Notes under the pieces: generated by a model
Database searches by the model: none
What the model was told of the DNA's origin: nothing
What the model saw: the letters and a program-made list of their open reading frames with translations, nothing else
DNA from: an uncultured Acidobacteriaceae bacterium
Lineage (GTDB): Bacteria > Acidobacteriota > Terriglobia > Terriglobales > Acidobacteriaceae
Length of the DNA: 64,000 nucleotides
Reading direction: 5' to 3'
NCBI GenBank assembly: GCA_963795875.1
Contig: CAWCJM010000003.1
Span: forward strand, 662,574 to 726,573
Part shown: piece after piece, positions 28,021 through 39,654 of the stretch
Layout of the letters: each line of letters starts with the position of its first letter
How positions within the stretch are numbered: position 1 is the first letter of the stretch
Made by a program: the position numbers and the translations under genes

Positions 28021-29115
28021 ATGAAACGCAACATGACACAGGCCTCGCTGATCACTATTTCCATCGCGGCGATTTTCTCAGCCATCGCCGTCCCCGCCGT
28101 GGCCCAATCTTTCCCCGGCATCGGCACCGTGATGACCTACAACGTGAACGAAGGAACCGATCTCTTGCAGGTGGTAGGCGCCCAAACTCCGACGCAATTC
28201 CTGATCGGCGTCGGCCAGGTGCTTACCCAAGTCCAAGGGACCAATCCTCCAGAACGGATGCAGGCTGTGGCTCGAGAAATCCTCGAAGCACAGCCGGAGT
28301 TGGTAAGCCTGCAGGAAGTAGACCAATGGTCAACAGGGTCCTTTGATCCGATTGCCGGCACCTGTGGAACCACGACCCTGCAATATGACATGTTGCAGGA
28401 ACTTCTCAGTGCGTTGGCTGCGCAGGGAGGGCACTACGAAGTTGCCGTGCAAGTCACCCAAAATGCGTTTCCGCCTACCCCTGGACTGATTCCACCCTCA
28501 ACTTACTTTTGCGTTGCCGTAACCGACTACAACGTTATCCTGGCTCGCACGGATCTTCCTTCCTGGGTCTTCCATTGGAGTAACCCGGAATCCGGACAAT
28601 TTGAGAATGAGCTTGTTCTGCCAACTCCGGTTGGACCATTTCCGTATCCAAGGGCGTGGGCCTCCGTCGATGGGGAGTTCTTCGGACACACCTTCCACTA
28701 CATCAACACTCACCTGGAGTCCTTCGACGCGAATATTCGCGAATTGCAGGGCGGTGAACTGCGTGCCGGGCCGGCCAACACGCCTCTGCCGCTGATTATC
28801 GCGATGGATTCAAACGCGCAGGCGTTCCCACTCCCACAAGACCCGACATATACCGATTTCATCTCTGCGGGCTACAACGACGTTTGGTCTGAAATATTTC
28901 CCAAGCGCGCAGGATTGACCTGCTGTCAGGCCGAATCAGACAACAATCCCGTATCGCAACTCTATCAGCGCATCGACCTGGTTTTGAGTCACGGCAAGGT
29001 GACTCCGTGGGGAATTCAGTTGATCGGCACCAATCCCTCAAGCCGCCTCCCAGACGGGCTCTGGCCCTCCGATCACGCCGCCGTCGCTGCCGGTGTGCTT
29101 GTCGGAAGCGAGTAG
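28021..29115 (+). CDS. Secreted endonuclease/exonuclease/phosphatase (EEP) family protein
   Basis: Signal peptide, then VMTYNVNEG..., ...LVSLQEVD..., ...WPSDHAAV (EEP catalytic blocks). Confidence 0.75.
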   Translation: MKRNMTQASLITISIAAIFSAIAVPAVAQSFPGIGTVMTYNVNEGTDLLQVVGAQTPTQFLIGVGQVLTQVQGTNPPERMQAVAREILEAQPELVSLQEVDQWSTGSFDPIAGTCGTTTLQYDMLQELLSALAAQGGHYEVAVQVTQNAFPPTPGLIPPSTYFCVAVTDYNVILARTDLPSWVFHWSNPESGQFENELVLPTPVGPFPYPRAWASVDGEFFGHTFHYINTHLESFDANIRELQGGELRAGPANTPLPLIIAMDSNAQAFPLPQDPTYTDFISAGYNDVWSEIFPKRAGLTCCQAESDNNPVSQLYQRIDLVLSHGKVTPWGIQLIGTNPSSRLPDGLWPSDHAAVAAGVLVGSE

Positions 29116-29242
29116 GAAGACTGCGCTCGGTCATCCACGATGGAAATCGCGGATGACCTGGGCTCGGGAGTGGCTTCAACACAGCAAACCGGCCCACAAC
29201 GACAACATCCATAACTTGTTTGCACCTAGCGAGAGGAGATTT

Positions 29243-30052
29243 ATGAAACGGAACAGCTTGATCTTGATTACTGGTGTCTGCATGTTGGCCATGGCGAGTG
29301 CCCAGGACGTAACTAGCGGAAAAGCCCACACTGTGCCGCCGTTCACCACGAAGCTCTACGACAACTTCAACCATGAATTTCTCAGCCCCGCGCTATGGAA
29401 TACATTTTGCTACGCCAGCAACGTTTCGCTGGAATGCGCGGTTGAGATACAAGACGGTCAACTCCGCCTGGCTCGTCGTGCTCCCGGACAAAGAAACAGT
29501 AACGCTGGCTTCCAGGTTGGCGTCACGACCGCATCCTTTTCTAACCCTGCGTCGATCAAAAGTATCACCACCGACTTGGTCGTCCGAGATATTCGGGAGT
29601 TGCCCTGCACCGCCAATCCGTCCTACGGTGGGAATGCGGGAATCGTGGCCACATTCTTCAACGCAGGTTCCGGCGATCCGAGCGACGACGTGGGAGCCCA
29701 GTTGCTTCTGGGGCGTGCCTTTTCCGATCCGCCCGGACAACTCGCGGTGTTGGGTCAGTTCTTCCAAAACGGTGTCTATACCAACTTTTTTCTCGGTAAC
29801 GTTTCGCTCGGCACGCCCGTCACCCTGACGTTGACGTGGGACAAGCCCAATCACCAATTCCTCACGAACTGGACCAACGACTTGACTCACGTCACGAGCC
29901 AGGGAACGATGCCTTACGGCTTTTCCGACACAACCCCTGCAGCGAACCCCGCGAAAAACCTGCAGGTCGATACTCTGCCCTCGAACTGCACGGCGGCTCA
30001 AACATGGGTCTACGTGGAATCAGTATTCGACAATGTCTATGTCGGCAGGTAG
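29243..30052 (+). CDS. Secreted hypothetical protein (beta-sandwich/LamG-like guess)
   Basis: Signal peptide MKRNSLILITGVCMLAMASAQ. 269 aa. No firm motif. Confidence 0.45.
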   Translation: MKRNSLILITGVCMLAMASAQDVTSGKAHTVPPFTTKLYDNFNHEFLSPALWNTFCYASNVSLECAVEIQDGQLRLARRAPGQRNSNAGFQVGVTTASFSNPASIKSITTDLVVRDIRELPCTANPSYGGNAGIVATFFNAGSGDPSDDVGAQLLLGRAFSDPPGQLAVLGQFFQNGVYTNFFLGNVSLGTPVTLTLTWDKPNHQFLTNWTNDLTHVTSQGTMPYGFSDTTPAANPAKNLQVDTLPSNCTAAQTWVYVESVFDNVYVGR

Positions 30053-30190
30053 CGTTTTTGTAGACGCCGGGCCCCATTTCTCGCGTTCGCTCCGAAGTCT
30101 GTGACCGAGCAGGGCACCTGTCCTAACGCTTGGTTGCGTCAATTCATTACGGGAGTGGGGTTCGAATCCCAGTCGTCGCGGTGCTTTCGG

Positions 30191-33100
30191 CTAGAAGAGT
30201 AGTTTGAGAGTGAACTGCGCCGATCGCGGTCCGCCGGGCGCGTACAGTGCACTCTGTCCGCTTCCGCCATTGCCGCCGCCTTCGTCGAGGTTCGCTGTGG
30301 AACACACCTTCCCAAAGTCTGGATTGATCGAGCCGCCCCCATAGGACCATTGATCATCGGGTGCGCACTGCGATCCGGGGAGTCCGAACATCGGGTGGTT
30401 GAAAACGTTGAAATATTCCGCGCGCACGTCGAGCTTGACTCGCTCACTAAAGTTAAAACGGCGACGCAGCGCGATATCGGTCTGGTTGATCGAGTAGGGA
30501 CTGCGCAGCCCGTTCCTGGGAAAGTCTCCCGCCTGCCCGGCCGGTGGTAGCGAAAAAGCAGCCGGATTCAGCGCTTTGCCGCTCGGCTGGCTCCGATCAG
30601 GAATCCAGAAAGATTTCCCCGGTACGATTTCAGCCTGCGTGCTATAGAAGCCGGCTGTGGGCGACAACCGCGCCGACGGTTACATTGATGGGCGGCGCCG
30701 ACCACACGCGCACCAGGCCGTCCACCGCCCAGCCTCTCAGAATGGTGTTGCCAGCGCGGCCCCAGGAAGGTGCGGGCACTTCATACGAGACGGCGGCGCC
30801 AAACGATTGCCTTACGTCGTAGTCGGAGGGCGTCAACGGAGGCAGCACAATGTGCGCTCAGGCTCTGTGCGCGCAGGCCGCTCGCGTCGCTGGAACCCAG
30901 GTCGCTTGACTTCGCGAGATTGTAGGACACGAGCGCCTGCAGGCCGTGCGACATGCGGCGCTGGAACTGAAGCTGAAACGCATTGTAGTGCGAGTACCCG
31001 GCGTTCCGGATTGCGGTGACGGTGACATGGCCGATGGAAGTCATGAGCGCCGGAGGAACGACGGAATCCCCCCGCAGCAGTCGTCTGCCATCGGACCCAA
31101 GATAGGTTGCCGTCAGCGTCTGTTTCGCGCCGAGCTCCCGCTGAGTAGCCGCATTCCACTGGAGGTGTAACTGGAAGTTGCAGGTGCGGATCAAACGCGG
31201 TTGTATAAAGCACGTTCGCGTTGAATGTGGTTGAGAATGGCGGAGGTTGGAACGCCGGCTGGGTGACATCGAAGGGAAGGCTCAGTGTTAATGAATTCGT
31301 CGCGCTGATAAGGAAACCCAACGGTAGCAGATGCCCGGCGTTTCCGTAGCCCAAGTCATAGAAGAGGCCAAAGCCACCTCGCACCACCGTCTTGGCGGTA
31401 ATTTGATACGCGGCTCCAATGCGAGGGGCAAAATTGCCATACCTGGTGTGCCAGAGTGCTCCCGGCACCACGGCGATGGGCTTCGTGTCGAAGAGTCCTT
31501 GCAACACGTAAAGCGGTTGGTTTGCGCTGGTCGAAACCGGCGGGGTATTGATCTCCCAGCGCAACCCATACGTCAGTGTCAAATGATTCTTCACCCTCCA
31601 TGTGTCCTGACGTAAAGAGCGCGTAGTTATTCATCCTCAACAGAAAAAGGGTCGGCCGCACTGAGCAGGATCTCAGCCAGTAGTCCCCGCCACTAAGTCT
31701 GTGTACGCCGGAAAGACTGCATATCCTGTCTCGTTCGATCGCACTGGGGCTCAACCGGCGGTAATCGATGCCGAACTTGAGTTGGTGCACACCGACCGCC
31801 CACGAAAATGTGTCCACAAAATTGAGTTGCCGTTGAGCGTTCGAATAATAAAGTCCCATCCCGAACCTCTTCAGCGGAGAAGAACACCAGAGCTTGTCCC
31901 TTATTCGGGCTATAGGGGGACGCGGGCGGAAATAGCGCAGAGGCGGGCGGAATTTCGCTACCATGAAAGTCTGTTAGGGAGGTGCTATGGCTGCCTGTGT
32001 TTCGGCTCCAGTTTGCCCGGAAGTCGTTCACTTTCGTGGGAGCGATCAGAGTGGTGGCTCCCACTGTGAACGCGTCTGCATTCAAATGGTTATAACCCAA
32101 TTCCTCCAAAAATCGTGTCGCGTCATACGACGGCGCGTGATTATAGCGGGCGAACAGAGTGACCTTGCTCGACAGGTTGTGGTCGACGCGAAGGCTGGTT
32201 GCATTGAGAGAGGAAGGATTGGAGTAGGCTATGGTGAGGTTCGACTGGCATGGATTCTGGATGTTGTCGCAGGTCGGATCAACCACCGGGGCACCCGGGT
32301 CCGGAAGCGGTACGGCTTGCACAATCGGTCGATAGACTGGAGCGACCGCCTCCCGCGCGGAAGCCGTCAGGACTTCTTCTGTGTCCGTCTGCGGCTGCCG
32401 CAGCCGCAACCCTTCGTAAGACAAGAAGAAGAAAGGTCTTGTCTTTGAGGATGGGTCCGCCCAACGTCCCGCCAAAGTCATTCTGCCGCAGCGGCGGCTT
32501 GGGTAACGGGGGGCGGTCAAAATAGTTGCGCGCATCGAAAATATCGTTTCGCAGATAATCAAAAGCACTGCCGTGAAATTGATTGGTGCCGGATTTCGTG
32601 ACGATCGAGATCTGGGCCCCGGGCGTGCGTCCGTACTCAGCTGCATACGACGATGTCTGTATGCGGAACTCCTGCATGGCATCGACGGAAACCAGTCCGT
32701 TCGTCCCACCCTGCGCCGTAAACGCAGGGAGCGCGCCACCCAATGATTGCGCGAGGACGAAGGTTGTCGTGGCAAAGTTGGCACTTACACCATCGACCAT
32801 GAAATAGTTCGAGTCCACGTATTGTCCGTTCGCGCTGAACTGCCCTTGCCCGAGATTCTGCGAGGTAAATATCACCCCCGGGGTCAGTCCGATTAACGAC
32901 TGGAAGCTGCGGCCGTTCAGCGGCATGTTGCTCACGACCCGCTGGTCCACCACGGTACTCACCGCGGCAGAATCGGTCTGCAGCAGCGGCGCAGTTACGG
33001 TAGAGATTTCTGAAACGGAACCGAGGGCTAGCTTGAAATTCTCATTGACCGCGTCCTGCACGTATAGCTGCAGGCTGGGCTGGACGACGGTACGGAATCC

Positions 33101-33343
33101 CTCCTTCTGAATGGCTAGCCGATAGGTAGCGGGACGCAGGTCGGGGATGACGTAGATCCCGTCCTGATTCGTGGTGGTGACGATCGAGACATTCGTCTCA
33201 AGGTTGGTGATCGTGCACTCGGCACCGGCGATCACGGCGTCTGTCGGGTCTGTTACCCGGCCCGAGATCCGGGCACTCTCTGTCTGTGCGGAGGCAATGA
33301 CGGAGGCGAACAGCACCATCGCGACGAATACCCGGGCTTTCAC
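30191..33343 (-). CDS. TonB-dependent receptor with N-terminal carboxypeptidase-regulatory-like domain; at least 6 apparent frameshifts
   Basis: GTG start with signal VKARVFVAMVLFASVIASAQ. ARISGRVTDPTDAVIAGAECTITNLETN...DGIYVIPDLRPATYRL, plug VVSNMPLNGRSFQSL, ...FFFLSYEGLRLRQ..., and terminal ...AQFTLKLLF*. Pieces span 7 ORFs between 30191 and 33505. Confidence 0.85.
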
Positions 33344-33769
33344 TAAAATCTCCCCCGCATGTCTCCTTACTAGGACCTCCGAAGGATACTCAGGCGCGAG
33401 GGCAGGGCCACTGGGAAAACTGACAGTTTTGCGCCCGGCTCGGCAATTTGTTGCGAAATCACCGCAGCGCAGTTTAACTTGTTGCGTTTCTTGATATTGC
33501 AACAACTGATCCAGCGAACAAACTCGGTGTGCGTTTTACTGGCGTATCACAAATCAATTTCCTGACGAGTTCTTGCTATCGAATCCGCTCTCCCGAGCGC
33601 ATTTCTTGATTCCAATGCTGCAGATTTGCGCCTCCGTCGGCACGCTTTTCCCGGTGATGGACGACGGCAGCGATGATCGCAGCTAAGAGACAAGCCGGGT
33701 GAGGGCGCTGAGTGAAGATGGGTGGATTTTGAGCTGGCGGAGTTTGCGGGGGCGGCAGACGTGACTGTA

Positions 33770-34195
33770 TTACGGTTTCCGTATGTGTTTCAATAACCGC
33801 ACGACGGCACAGAAGGCCGTGAACGCACAGGCAAACGGCAAGTACAGGCTCATCCAGTACCAGGTAAAGGGCAGCATCCGGAGCACGATACCGGCAAGAG
33901 TCAAGTCAACGCTGCCGTATACCTTGGACTTCTCGAAGACTAGAGAATAGATCGCACCAAGCAATGCCGGTGCAAAGAACAAGACAACAATCGACAGCGC
34001 TCGGCTTAACGGGATCCGTTGCGCGCCGAACAATTCGGCAGCCCGAATCGTCAGGACACCCGAGACAATCGAACCCAGAGCGGCGACCCCTATCGGTGCG
34101 TCACGCAGTTGTAGAGAGAGCCACTTGTTCCTGTTGAATATGGGCGCGACCAAACTCTGTGGCAAAGACTGACCTCGCCGTGCCTTAGTCAACAT
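33770..34195 (-). CDS. Small polytopic membrane protein; its start overlaps the end of the RND gene by 11 nt
   Basis: MLTKARRGQSL..., then about 4 hydrophobic segments. Confidence 0.45.
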   Translation of the reverse strand: MLTKARRGQSLPQSLVAPIFNRNKWLSLQLRDAPIGVAALGSIVSGVLTIRAAELFGAQRIPLSRALSIVVLFFAPALLGAIYSLVFEKSKVYGSVDLTLAGIVLRMLPFTWYWMSLYLPFACAFTAFCAVVRLLKHIRKP

Positions 34196-37100
34196 GTTCG
34201 CCTTCCTCCAGGAACCGCGCCTCCGCGGGGGGGAGCCGGTCCCCGGGACCAGCAACGCAGCAGTACAACGCCGGCAAGAGGAATACGCTGATCAGCAATT
34301 CGAAGGTGAGGCCGCCGACGATGACGATCGCGAAAGGCCGCTGGGAATCCGAGCCAATATCGTGCGACATGGCTGCTGGCAAAAGACCAAGCGTGGCGAC
34401 CAGCATCGTCATCATGATGGGACGAAGCCGGAGACTTGCACCTTCTTCGGCCGCCTGGCGAACGGTCCGGCCTCGTACTCTTAGCTGGTTGATGTACTCC
34501 ACCATGATGACGCCCGTTTGAACGGAGACGCCAATCAGCGCTAGAAATCCCAGCCCGGATGAAACGCTGAAATGCGTTCCGGTGATGAGCAGACTGAGAA
34601 ATCCTCCCATGGGCGAAAGAGACACGACAGCGAGAATCAGGAAGACCCACTTCCACGAACTGAAGGCCGAATAGAGGATGAACGCCATTAAGAGCAACGT
34701 GATTGGCACGATAAACGCCAGCCGTCGGTTCGCGCGCTGCTGACTCTCATACTCGCCGGTCCAGTCGAGGTGATAACCCTCGGGAAACGAGACTTTGTGA
34801 GCGACCTCGTCAATGGCCTGGCGGACGGTGCTGCCGAGGTCGCGGCCGCGCACGCTGTACTTGATGGCAATGTAGCGGGAGTTTCCTTCGCGATAGATGG
34901 TGGAAGCACCGTCGTCAAGGCTGATGTGAGTGATCTGGCTCAAGGCCACGCGCTCACCGGAAGGAGCGAGAATCCGAATGCTGCCGATGTCTTCCACGGA
35001 CGTGCGGTACTGGGGCTGGTAACGGACCGTCAAGTCGAAGCGTTGTTCGCCGATCAGGATCTGGCTGACGGCCTTGCCGCCGACCGCACCTTCGACGGCA
35101 TCCTGAATATCGGTGACGTTGATGCCGAAGCGATCGGCAGCGGCGCGATCCACAACCAGATTCACGTTGGGCTGGCCGCGCACCTCGAATGTGCCCAGGT
35201 CGGCGATGCCTGGAATCTGGCTCATCACGTTTTGCATTTCTTCGGCCTTCTGCTCGAGCGTTTTCAAGTCGCGGCCGAACAGCTTGACGGCTAGTTCGCC
35301 TTTCACACCGCTGACGGCTTCTTCCACGTTGTCGGAGATGGGCTGGGAGAAATTCCAGATGACGCCCGGCAGTTTGCTCAGAGCCTCATCCATGGCAGCG
35401 ATCAGCTCATCTTTCGTATGGAATTCCTTTCGCCACTGGTTGCGCGAGCGCAGGTCGACGAAGAATTCCGTGTTGTAGAAGCCGCTGGCGTCGCTACCGT
35501 CATCGGGTCTGCCCACCTGGCTTACAACCTGGGTGACCTCAGGAAAGCCGGCCATGATCAGGCGCGCCTTGTTGGCAAGCTCAATGCCGGCGGAAGGGCC
35601 GGTGCTCGGTGCGAGCGTGCCCCGCACCCAGATGGCTCCTTCATCCAGGTGGGGAAGGAACTCGGAGCCGATGAGTCCGCCGAAACCAAGAAACAACATG
35701 ACAAGGACCAGCGCGCCCCCGGCCATCACCGTGGCGTTGGCGTGGTCGAGGCAAAATTCCAGGCCTCGCCGGTACTGCTCTAGCAGCCATGCGAATACGG
35801 GATTGCGCATTTCCTTGAGCTGGCGGCGGAACAGAAAACTGCTGAGCACCGGCGCAATCAACAGGGAGAACAGTAACGCCCCGAGGAGGGCAAATGAGAC
35901 TGTCCATGCCATGGGATGGAACAGCCTGCCTTCTACCCGCTGCAAGGTAAAGATCGGGAGATACGCAGTGATGATGACAAGGATGGCGAAGAAGACTGGA
36001 CGCTGCACTTCATGCGCGGCATCGCCGATGACTTGCATCAGAGTGCGGTGTTCATCGACATGCGACTCGATGTGGCGCAAGATGTTCTCGACCATCACGA
36101 CGGCGCCGTCGACAATCATGCCGAAATCGAGCGCGCCCAGAGACAGCAGGTTTGCAGGGATATGGTTCAGGTCCAGCAGAATGGAAGCGAACAGGAGGGA
36201 GAACGGAATCGTGATAGCGACCACGAGCGCGCCGCGCACGTTTCCGAGGAACAGGAAGAGGATCAACGTAACGAGAAGCACGCCGTGCGTAAGGTTTCGC
36301 AGAACCGTGTTGCTGGTGTATTTCACCAGGTCGCTGCGATCCAGATGAGGTACGAATTTCACTCCCGGGGGCAACAGGCCGTGGTTGAGTTGATCGATTT
36401 TCTGGTGGAGGGCTGCAAGAGTGGCCTGGGCCTCGGCTCCCTTCCGGAGAAGCACAATCCCCTCCACCACGTCTTCATCGTTGATGACACTCCCGTCTTC
36501 GTGACGGATGGCCTTTCCCAGCTGTCCGAGACGTACTTTCGGAGCTTGCACGACGGTTCCGAGGTCGCGGACCCGAACAGGAGTGCCGTTCGAAACTTTC
36601 ACGACGGTGGCCGCGATGTCATCCGTGGTCTGCATTAATCCGACGGCGCGGACATTCAACGCCTGCTGACCTCGCTGGATGAATCCCCCGCCGGCATTGG
36701 TATTGTTGTTAATGAGCGCCTGCTCCACCTGGCTTAAGGACAGGCCAAACGACACCAGCTTTCCAGGATCGATTTGCACTTGGTATTCACGTGTGGGCCC
36801 GCCAAAGATGTTCACATCCACGACGTTGGGTACGGATTTGAGCTGGTTGAGCACAAACCAGTCCTGCAGGGCCTTCAACTCCATGGTGTCGATTTGGGGG
36901 TTGGTGCTCTGGAGCGTGTAAAACATGATCTGGCCCGTGGGGCTATAGTCGGGACCGAGACCGGGGTTGACGCCGGGTGGCGTGGTGGCTTGGGCGAGGC
37001 GGTCGAGCACTTCCTGGCGCGCCGTGAACGTTGCGATGTCATCGTCGTAAATGATGGTGATCACAGAGAGCCCCGCCAGCGAGACTGAGCGGAGATGAGT

Positions 37101-37337
37101 CAGGTGGGATACGCCGTTGAGTTGGACCTCGAGCGGGACCGTGATCTGTTGTTCCACCTCTTCGGCGGCATGGCCGGGCCACTGCGAAATGATTTGGACG
37201 TAGGTGTCGGCAACATCCGGATAGGCCTCAATGGGAAGATTGTGGAAAGAGATGATGCCCCATATAAAGAGGACCACTGCGAGGCTGAGCACAAGAATGC
37301 GATTGTTCAGCGCCAGATCAACCAGGTAACGGATCAT
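34185..37337 (-). CDS. czcA: CusA/CzcA-family heavy-metal efflux RND transporter (1050 aa, intact)
   Basis: MIRYLVDLALNNRILVLSLAVVLFIWGIISFHNLPIEAYPDVADTYVQIISQWPGHAAEEVEQQITVPLE..., 12-TM RND architecture. Confidence 0.9.
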   Translation of the reverse strand: MIRYLVDLALNNRILVLSLAVVLFIWGIISFHNLPIEAYPDVADTYVQIISQWPGHAAEEVEQQITVPLEVQLNGVSHLTHLRSVSLAGLSVITIIYDDDIATFTARQEVLDRLAQATTPPGVNPGLGPDYSPTGQIMFYTLQSTNPQIDTMELKALQDWFVLNQLKSVPNVVDVNIFGGPTREYQVQIDPGKLVSFGLSLSQVEQALINNNTNAGGGFIQRGQQALNVRAVGLMQTTDDIAATVVKVSNGTPVRVRDLGTVVQAPKVRLGQLGKAIRHEDGSVINDEDVVEGIVLLRKGAEAQATLAALHQKIDQLNHGLLPPGVKFVPHLDRSDLVKYTSNTVLRNLTHGVLLVTLILFLFLGNVRGALVVAITIPFSLLFASILLDLNHIPANLLSLGALDFGMIVDGAVVMVENILRHIESHVDEHRTLMQVIGDAAHEVQRPVFFAILVIITAYLPIFTLQRVEGRLFHPMAWTVSFALLGALLFSLLIAPVLSSFLFRRQLKEMRNPVFAWLLEQYRRGLEFCLDHANATVMAGGALVLVMLFLGFGGLIGSEFLPHLDEGAIWVRGTLAPSTGPSAGIELANKARLIMAGFPEVTQVVSQVGRPDDGSDASGFYNTEFFVDLRSRNQWRKEFHTKDELIAAMDEALSKLPGVIWNFSQPISDNVEEAVSGVKGELAVKLFGRDLKTLEQKAEEMQNVMSQIPGIADLGTFEVRGQPNVNLVVDRAAADRFGINVTDIQDAVEGAVGGKAVSQILIGEQRFDLTVRYQPQYRTSVEDIGSIRILAPSGERVALSQITHISLDDGASTIYREGNSRYIAIKYSVRGRDLGSTVRQAIDEVAHKVSFPEGYHLDWTGEYESQQRANRRLAFIVPITLLLMAFILYSAFSSWKWVFLILAVVSLSPMGGFLSLLITGTHFSVSSGLGFLALIGVSVQTGVIMVEYINQLRVRGRTVRQAAEEGASLRLRPIMMTMLVATLGLLPAAMSHDIGSDSQRPFAIVIVGGLTFELLISVFLLPALYCCVAGPGDRLPPAEARFLEEGEHVD

Positions 37338-37579
37338 CTTCTTGCGTCGCCTCGGAGTCGAAGAACTCAGTCATGGCACCCCGGAGGGGCATAAGTTCTT
37401 CTATCGCGGCGCGGCGACGACGACGAGGCACTCAAACGTCTCGGCGGGGAAATATTTCGATAACGAGGAAAGCTTCCAAATTGTTGGCCCTGTGGATCAA
37501 ATCTTGCGGACAAATCGTTTGATTGGTGCCTTGGTCAATCGAAACAATGAAATAATGCGGCCACATCCGAACGATCGTT

Positions 37580-38497
37580 ATGTTTGAACAGATCTGGGAA
37601 CAGAAGAGCCGGACTGCCGTTTTGGCCGCCAGCGGGGTTGCCGTCCTTGCGATTGCTGCCCTGGACTGGTGGACGAAGCCTTATTTCTCTTTGGGGTTTC
37701 TCTACCTGTTTCCCATCATGCTGGCGGCAGGGTTCCTGCCGCGCTGGGCTATTGTTGTGTTGGGGATTGGCTGTGCGCTCCTCAGCGAGCGTTTTAGCAA
37801 CCTGGACCCCTCGGATTCGACGGTCCGGCTGACTTTTGAAACTCTGGCGCTCTGCGGCTGCGGTCTATTTACGTCGGAGGTCCTGCGAAACCGGCGGTTG
37901 AGTTTGTCATCGCAGGAGCGGCTGCGTGTGTTGGTGGAAACCAGCCCGGCGGCGATCGTGACCGTCGACGAGCGCGGCTTCATCGAATTGGCCAACCGGG
38001 CTGCGATCGAACTGATGGCACCACGCGACGGCCATCTGATCGGCTACCCAATCGCTGCCTTCCTGCCCGAACTGCATCACGCTTTGCGGTGGGAGGACCG
38101 ACCGCAGTTCCGGACATCGATGCAGTGCCGAGGGCATCGCGGCAACGGGGAAACGTTCCTGGCGGATGTGTGGTTCTCCAGTTATAAGGATGGGGCCAGA
38201 CCCAAACTCGCGGCCATCATCGCGGACGTCAGTGAAGAGCAGTCGCACCCGCCGGGTGGTTCCTCTTCTAACTCGGTTGCAACGGACCAGCATGAGCGGG
38301 CTGCATTGAGCAATCGCGAACTGGAAGCACTCCGGCTCGTAGTTCAGGGTCTGGCCAACAAAGAAATAGCGTCGCGCATGGAGATCTCAGAAAGCGCAGT
38401 CAAAAATACCCTGCAGCAGCTGTTCGCCAAGACCGAAGTGCGCACTCGCGGCCAGCTCGTTCGGGTTGCATTGGAACGATATCGAGACCTCCTGTAA
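37580..38497 (+). CDS. Membrane-associated PAS plus LuxR-type HTH transcriptional regulator
   Basis: N-terminal TM segments, PAS-like LRVLVETSPAAIVTVDERGFIELANRAAIELM, and C-terminal LSNRELEALRLVVQGLANKEIASRMEISESAVKNTLQQLFAK. Confidence 0.75.
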   Translation: MFEQIWEQKSRTAVLAASGVAVLAIAALDWWTKPYFSLGFLYLFPIMLAAGFLPRWAIVVLGIGCALLSERFSNLDPSDSTVRLTFETLALCGCGLFTSEVLRNRRLSLSSQERLRVLVETSPAAIVTVDERGFIELANRAAIELMAPRDGHLIGYPIAAFLPELHHALRWEDRPQFRTSMQCRGHRGNGETFLADVWFSSYKDGARPKLAAIIADVSEEQSHPPGGSSSNSVATDQHERAALSNRELEALRLVVQGLANKEIASRMEISESAVKNTLQQLFAKTEVRTRGQLVRVALERYRDLL

Positions 38498-38647
38498 ACG
38501 AGTAGCCGTGCACCTAATGATTTCCGCGAGTTGTCAATGGTCATGTTCAAATGACGGCAAGTGGCTATTGCTTCCGACCATTTTCCGAACAAATCTAGAT
38601 CTGGTTCCCACGCAGCATGATTTTTCGGTGGAATACACGCTCTAGTA

Positions 38648-39634
38648 TTGCGGCAGAGGATTACCGCGAGCGAGGTTCTGATGCTTTCATCTATCAATTT
38701 CTGGATGTGTCTCTCCGGGCTCATCTGTCTTGTCGCCGCAGTTCCCGTACTTCGAAACGAGGTCAGCGCGACTCGCGGCTGGGACAAACTCGTTGTTTGG
38801 GGCTGTGTCTTCATCGCCGTTCCACTCGCGGTATTCGCGCCCGAACATTTCGGCGGCCCGATGAAAGTCTCGGACATGGTCCCGTCCTGGATTCCGGCGC
38901 ACGTCTTCTGGGCGTATTTTGTCGGATGCTCGCTGTTCGCAGCCGCTACCAGTCTTACTCTGGGGAAGTTCGTGCGCTTGTCGTCCACCCTGCTGGGATT
39001 GATGTTCTTCCTATTTGTCTGCCTGATGCATATACCGAATGCACTCGCGGATCCCAAAAATCGATTCGCGTGGGCTTACATGCTCAGAGATCTCTCTCTT
39101 GCCGGAGGCGCATGGGCTCTCGCTGGACTGCATAGCCGAGATTCCTCACCGCAACTATCGAAATGGATGATCTCATTTGGGCGCATAGTGATCGGGATTG
39201 CGGCCATCTTTTTTGCCGTGGAATTCTTTCTTCATCCCGAGTTTGCGCCCGGCTTTCCTTTGGAAGAGATGACGCCTTCGTGGGTCCCATTCCCTCGCGT
39301 GTGGGGCTACCTCACCGGAGTGATACTACTGGCCGCTGGAATCGGCTTGGCCCTGAACAAGAAATCTCGGAGCGCCGCAACCGCAATTGGCGCGCTAATG
39401 ACCATCCTCACCGTATGCCTATATCTACCGATTTGGATCCTCGCCCGCGGACGAACGACGCCGGAGATCATGGAAGCGATCAATTACGCCTTCGACACTC
39501 TGATCTACGCTGGAGCAGCACTCGTCCTTGCGTCGGCATTGCCTCGCGATCCCGAGCGCGTGGAGAAAATGCAACCGCTCGACGCTCCCACAAGAATCAG
39601 CAGGATCTCAGCCATGCCAAACGAGGACTTGTAA
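38648..39634 (+). CDS. Polytopic integral membrane protein, function unknown
   Basis: About 8 hydrophobic segments with internal duplication. No catalytic motif recognised. Confidence 0.5.
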   Translation: MRQRITASEVLMLSSINFWMCLSGLICLVAAVPVLRNEVSATRGWDKLVVWGCVFIAVPLAVFAPEHFGGPMKVSDMVPSWIPAHVFWAYFVGCSLFAAATSLTLGKFVRLSSTLLGLMFFLFVCLMHIPNALADPKNRFAWAYMLRDLSLAGGAWALAGLHSRDSSPQLSKWMISFGRIVIGIAAIFFAVEFFLHPEFAPGFPLEEMTPSWVPFPRVWGYLTGVILLAAGIGLALNKKSRSAATAIGALMTILTVCLYLPIWILARGRTTPEIMEAINYAFDTLIYAGAALVLASALPRDPERVEKMQPLDAPTRISRISAMPNEDL

Positions 39635-39654
39635 CGAATCGCATCGTCTGCGCG

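Noticed and set aside
30121-30185. tRNA-like T-loop sequence 'ggggttcgaatccc' just downstream of the TonB-receptor gene
   Set aside because: The flanking bases do not form a proper T-stem (only 3 clean pairs), and no acceptor, D or anticodon arms could be folded from the upstream 70 nt. At best it is a tRNA 3' fragment, so it is not called as a tRNA gene.
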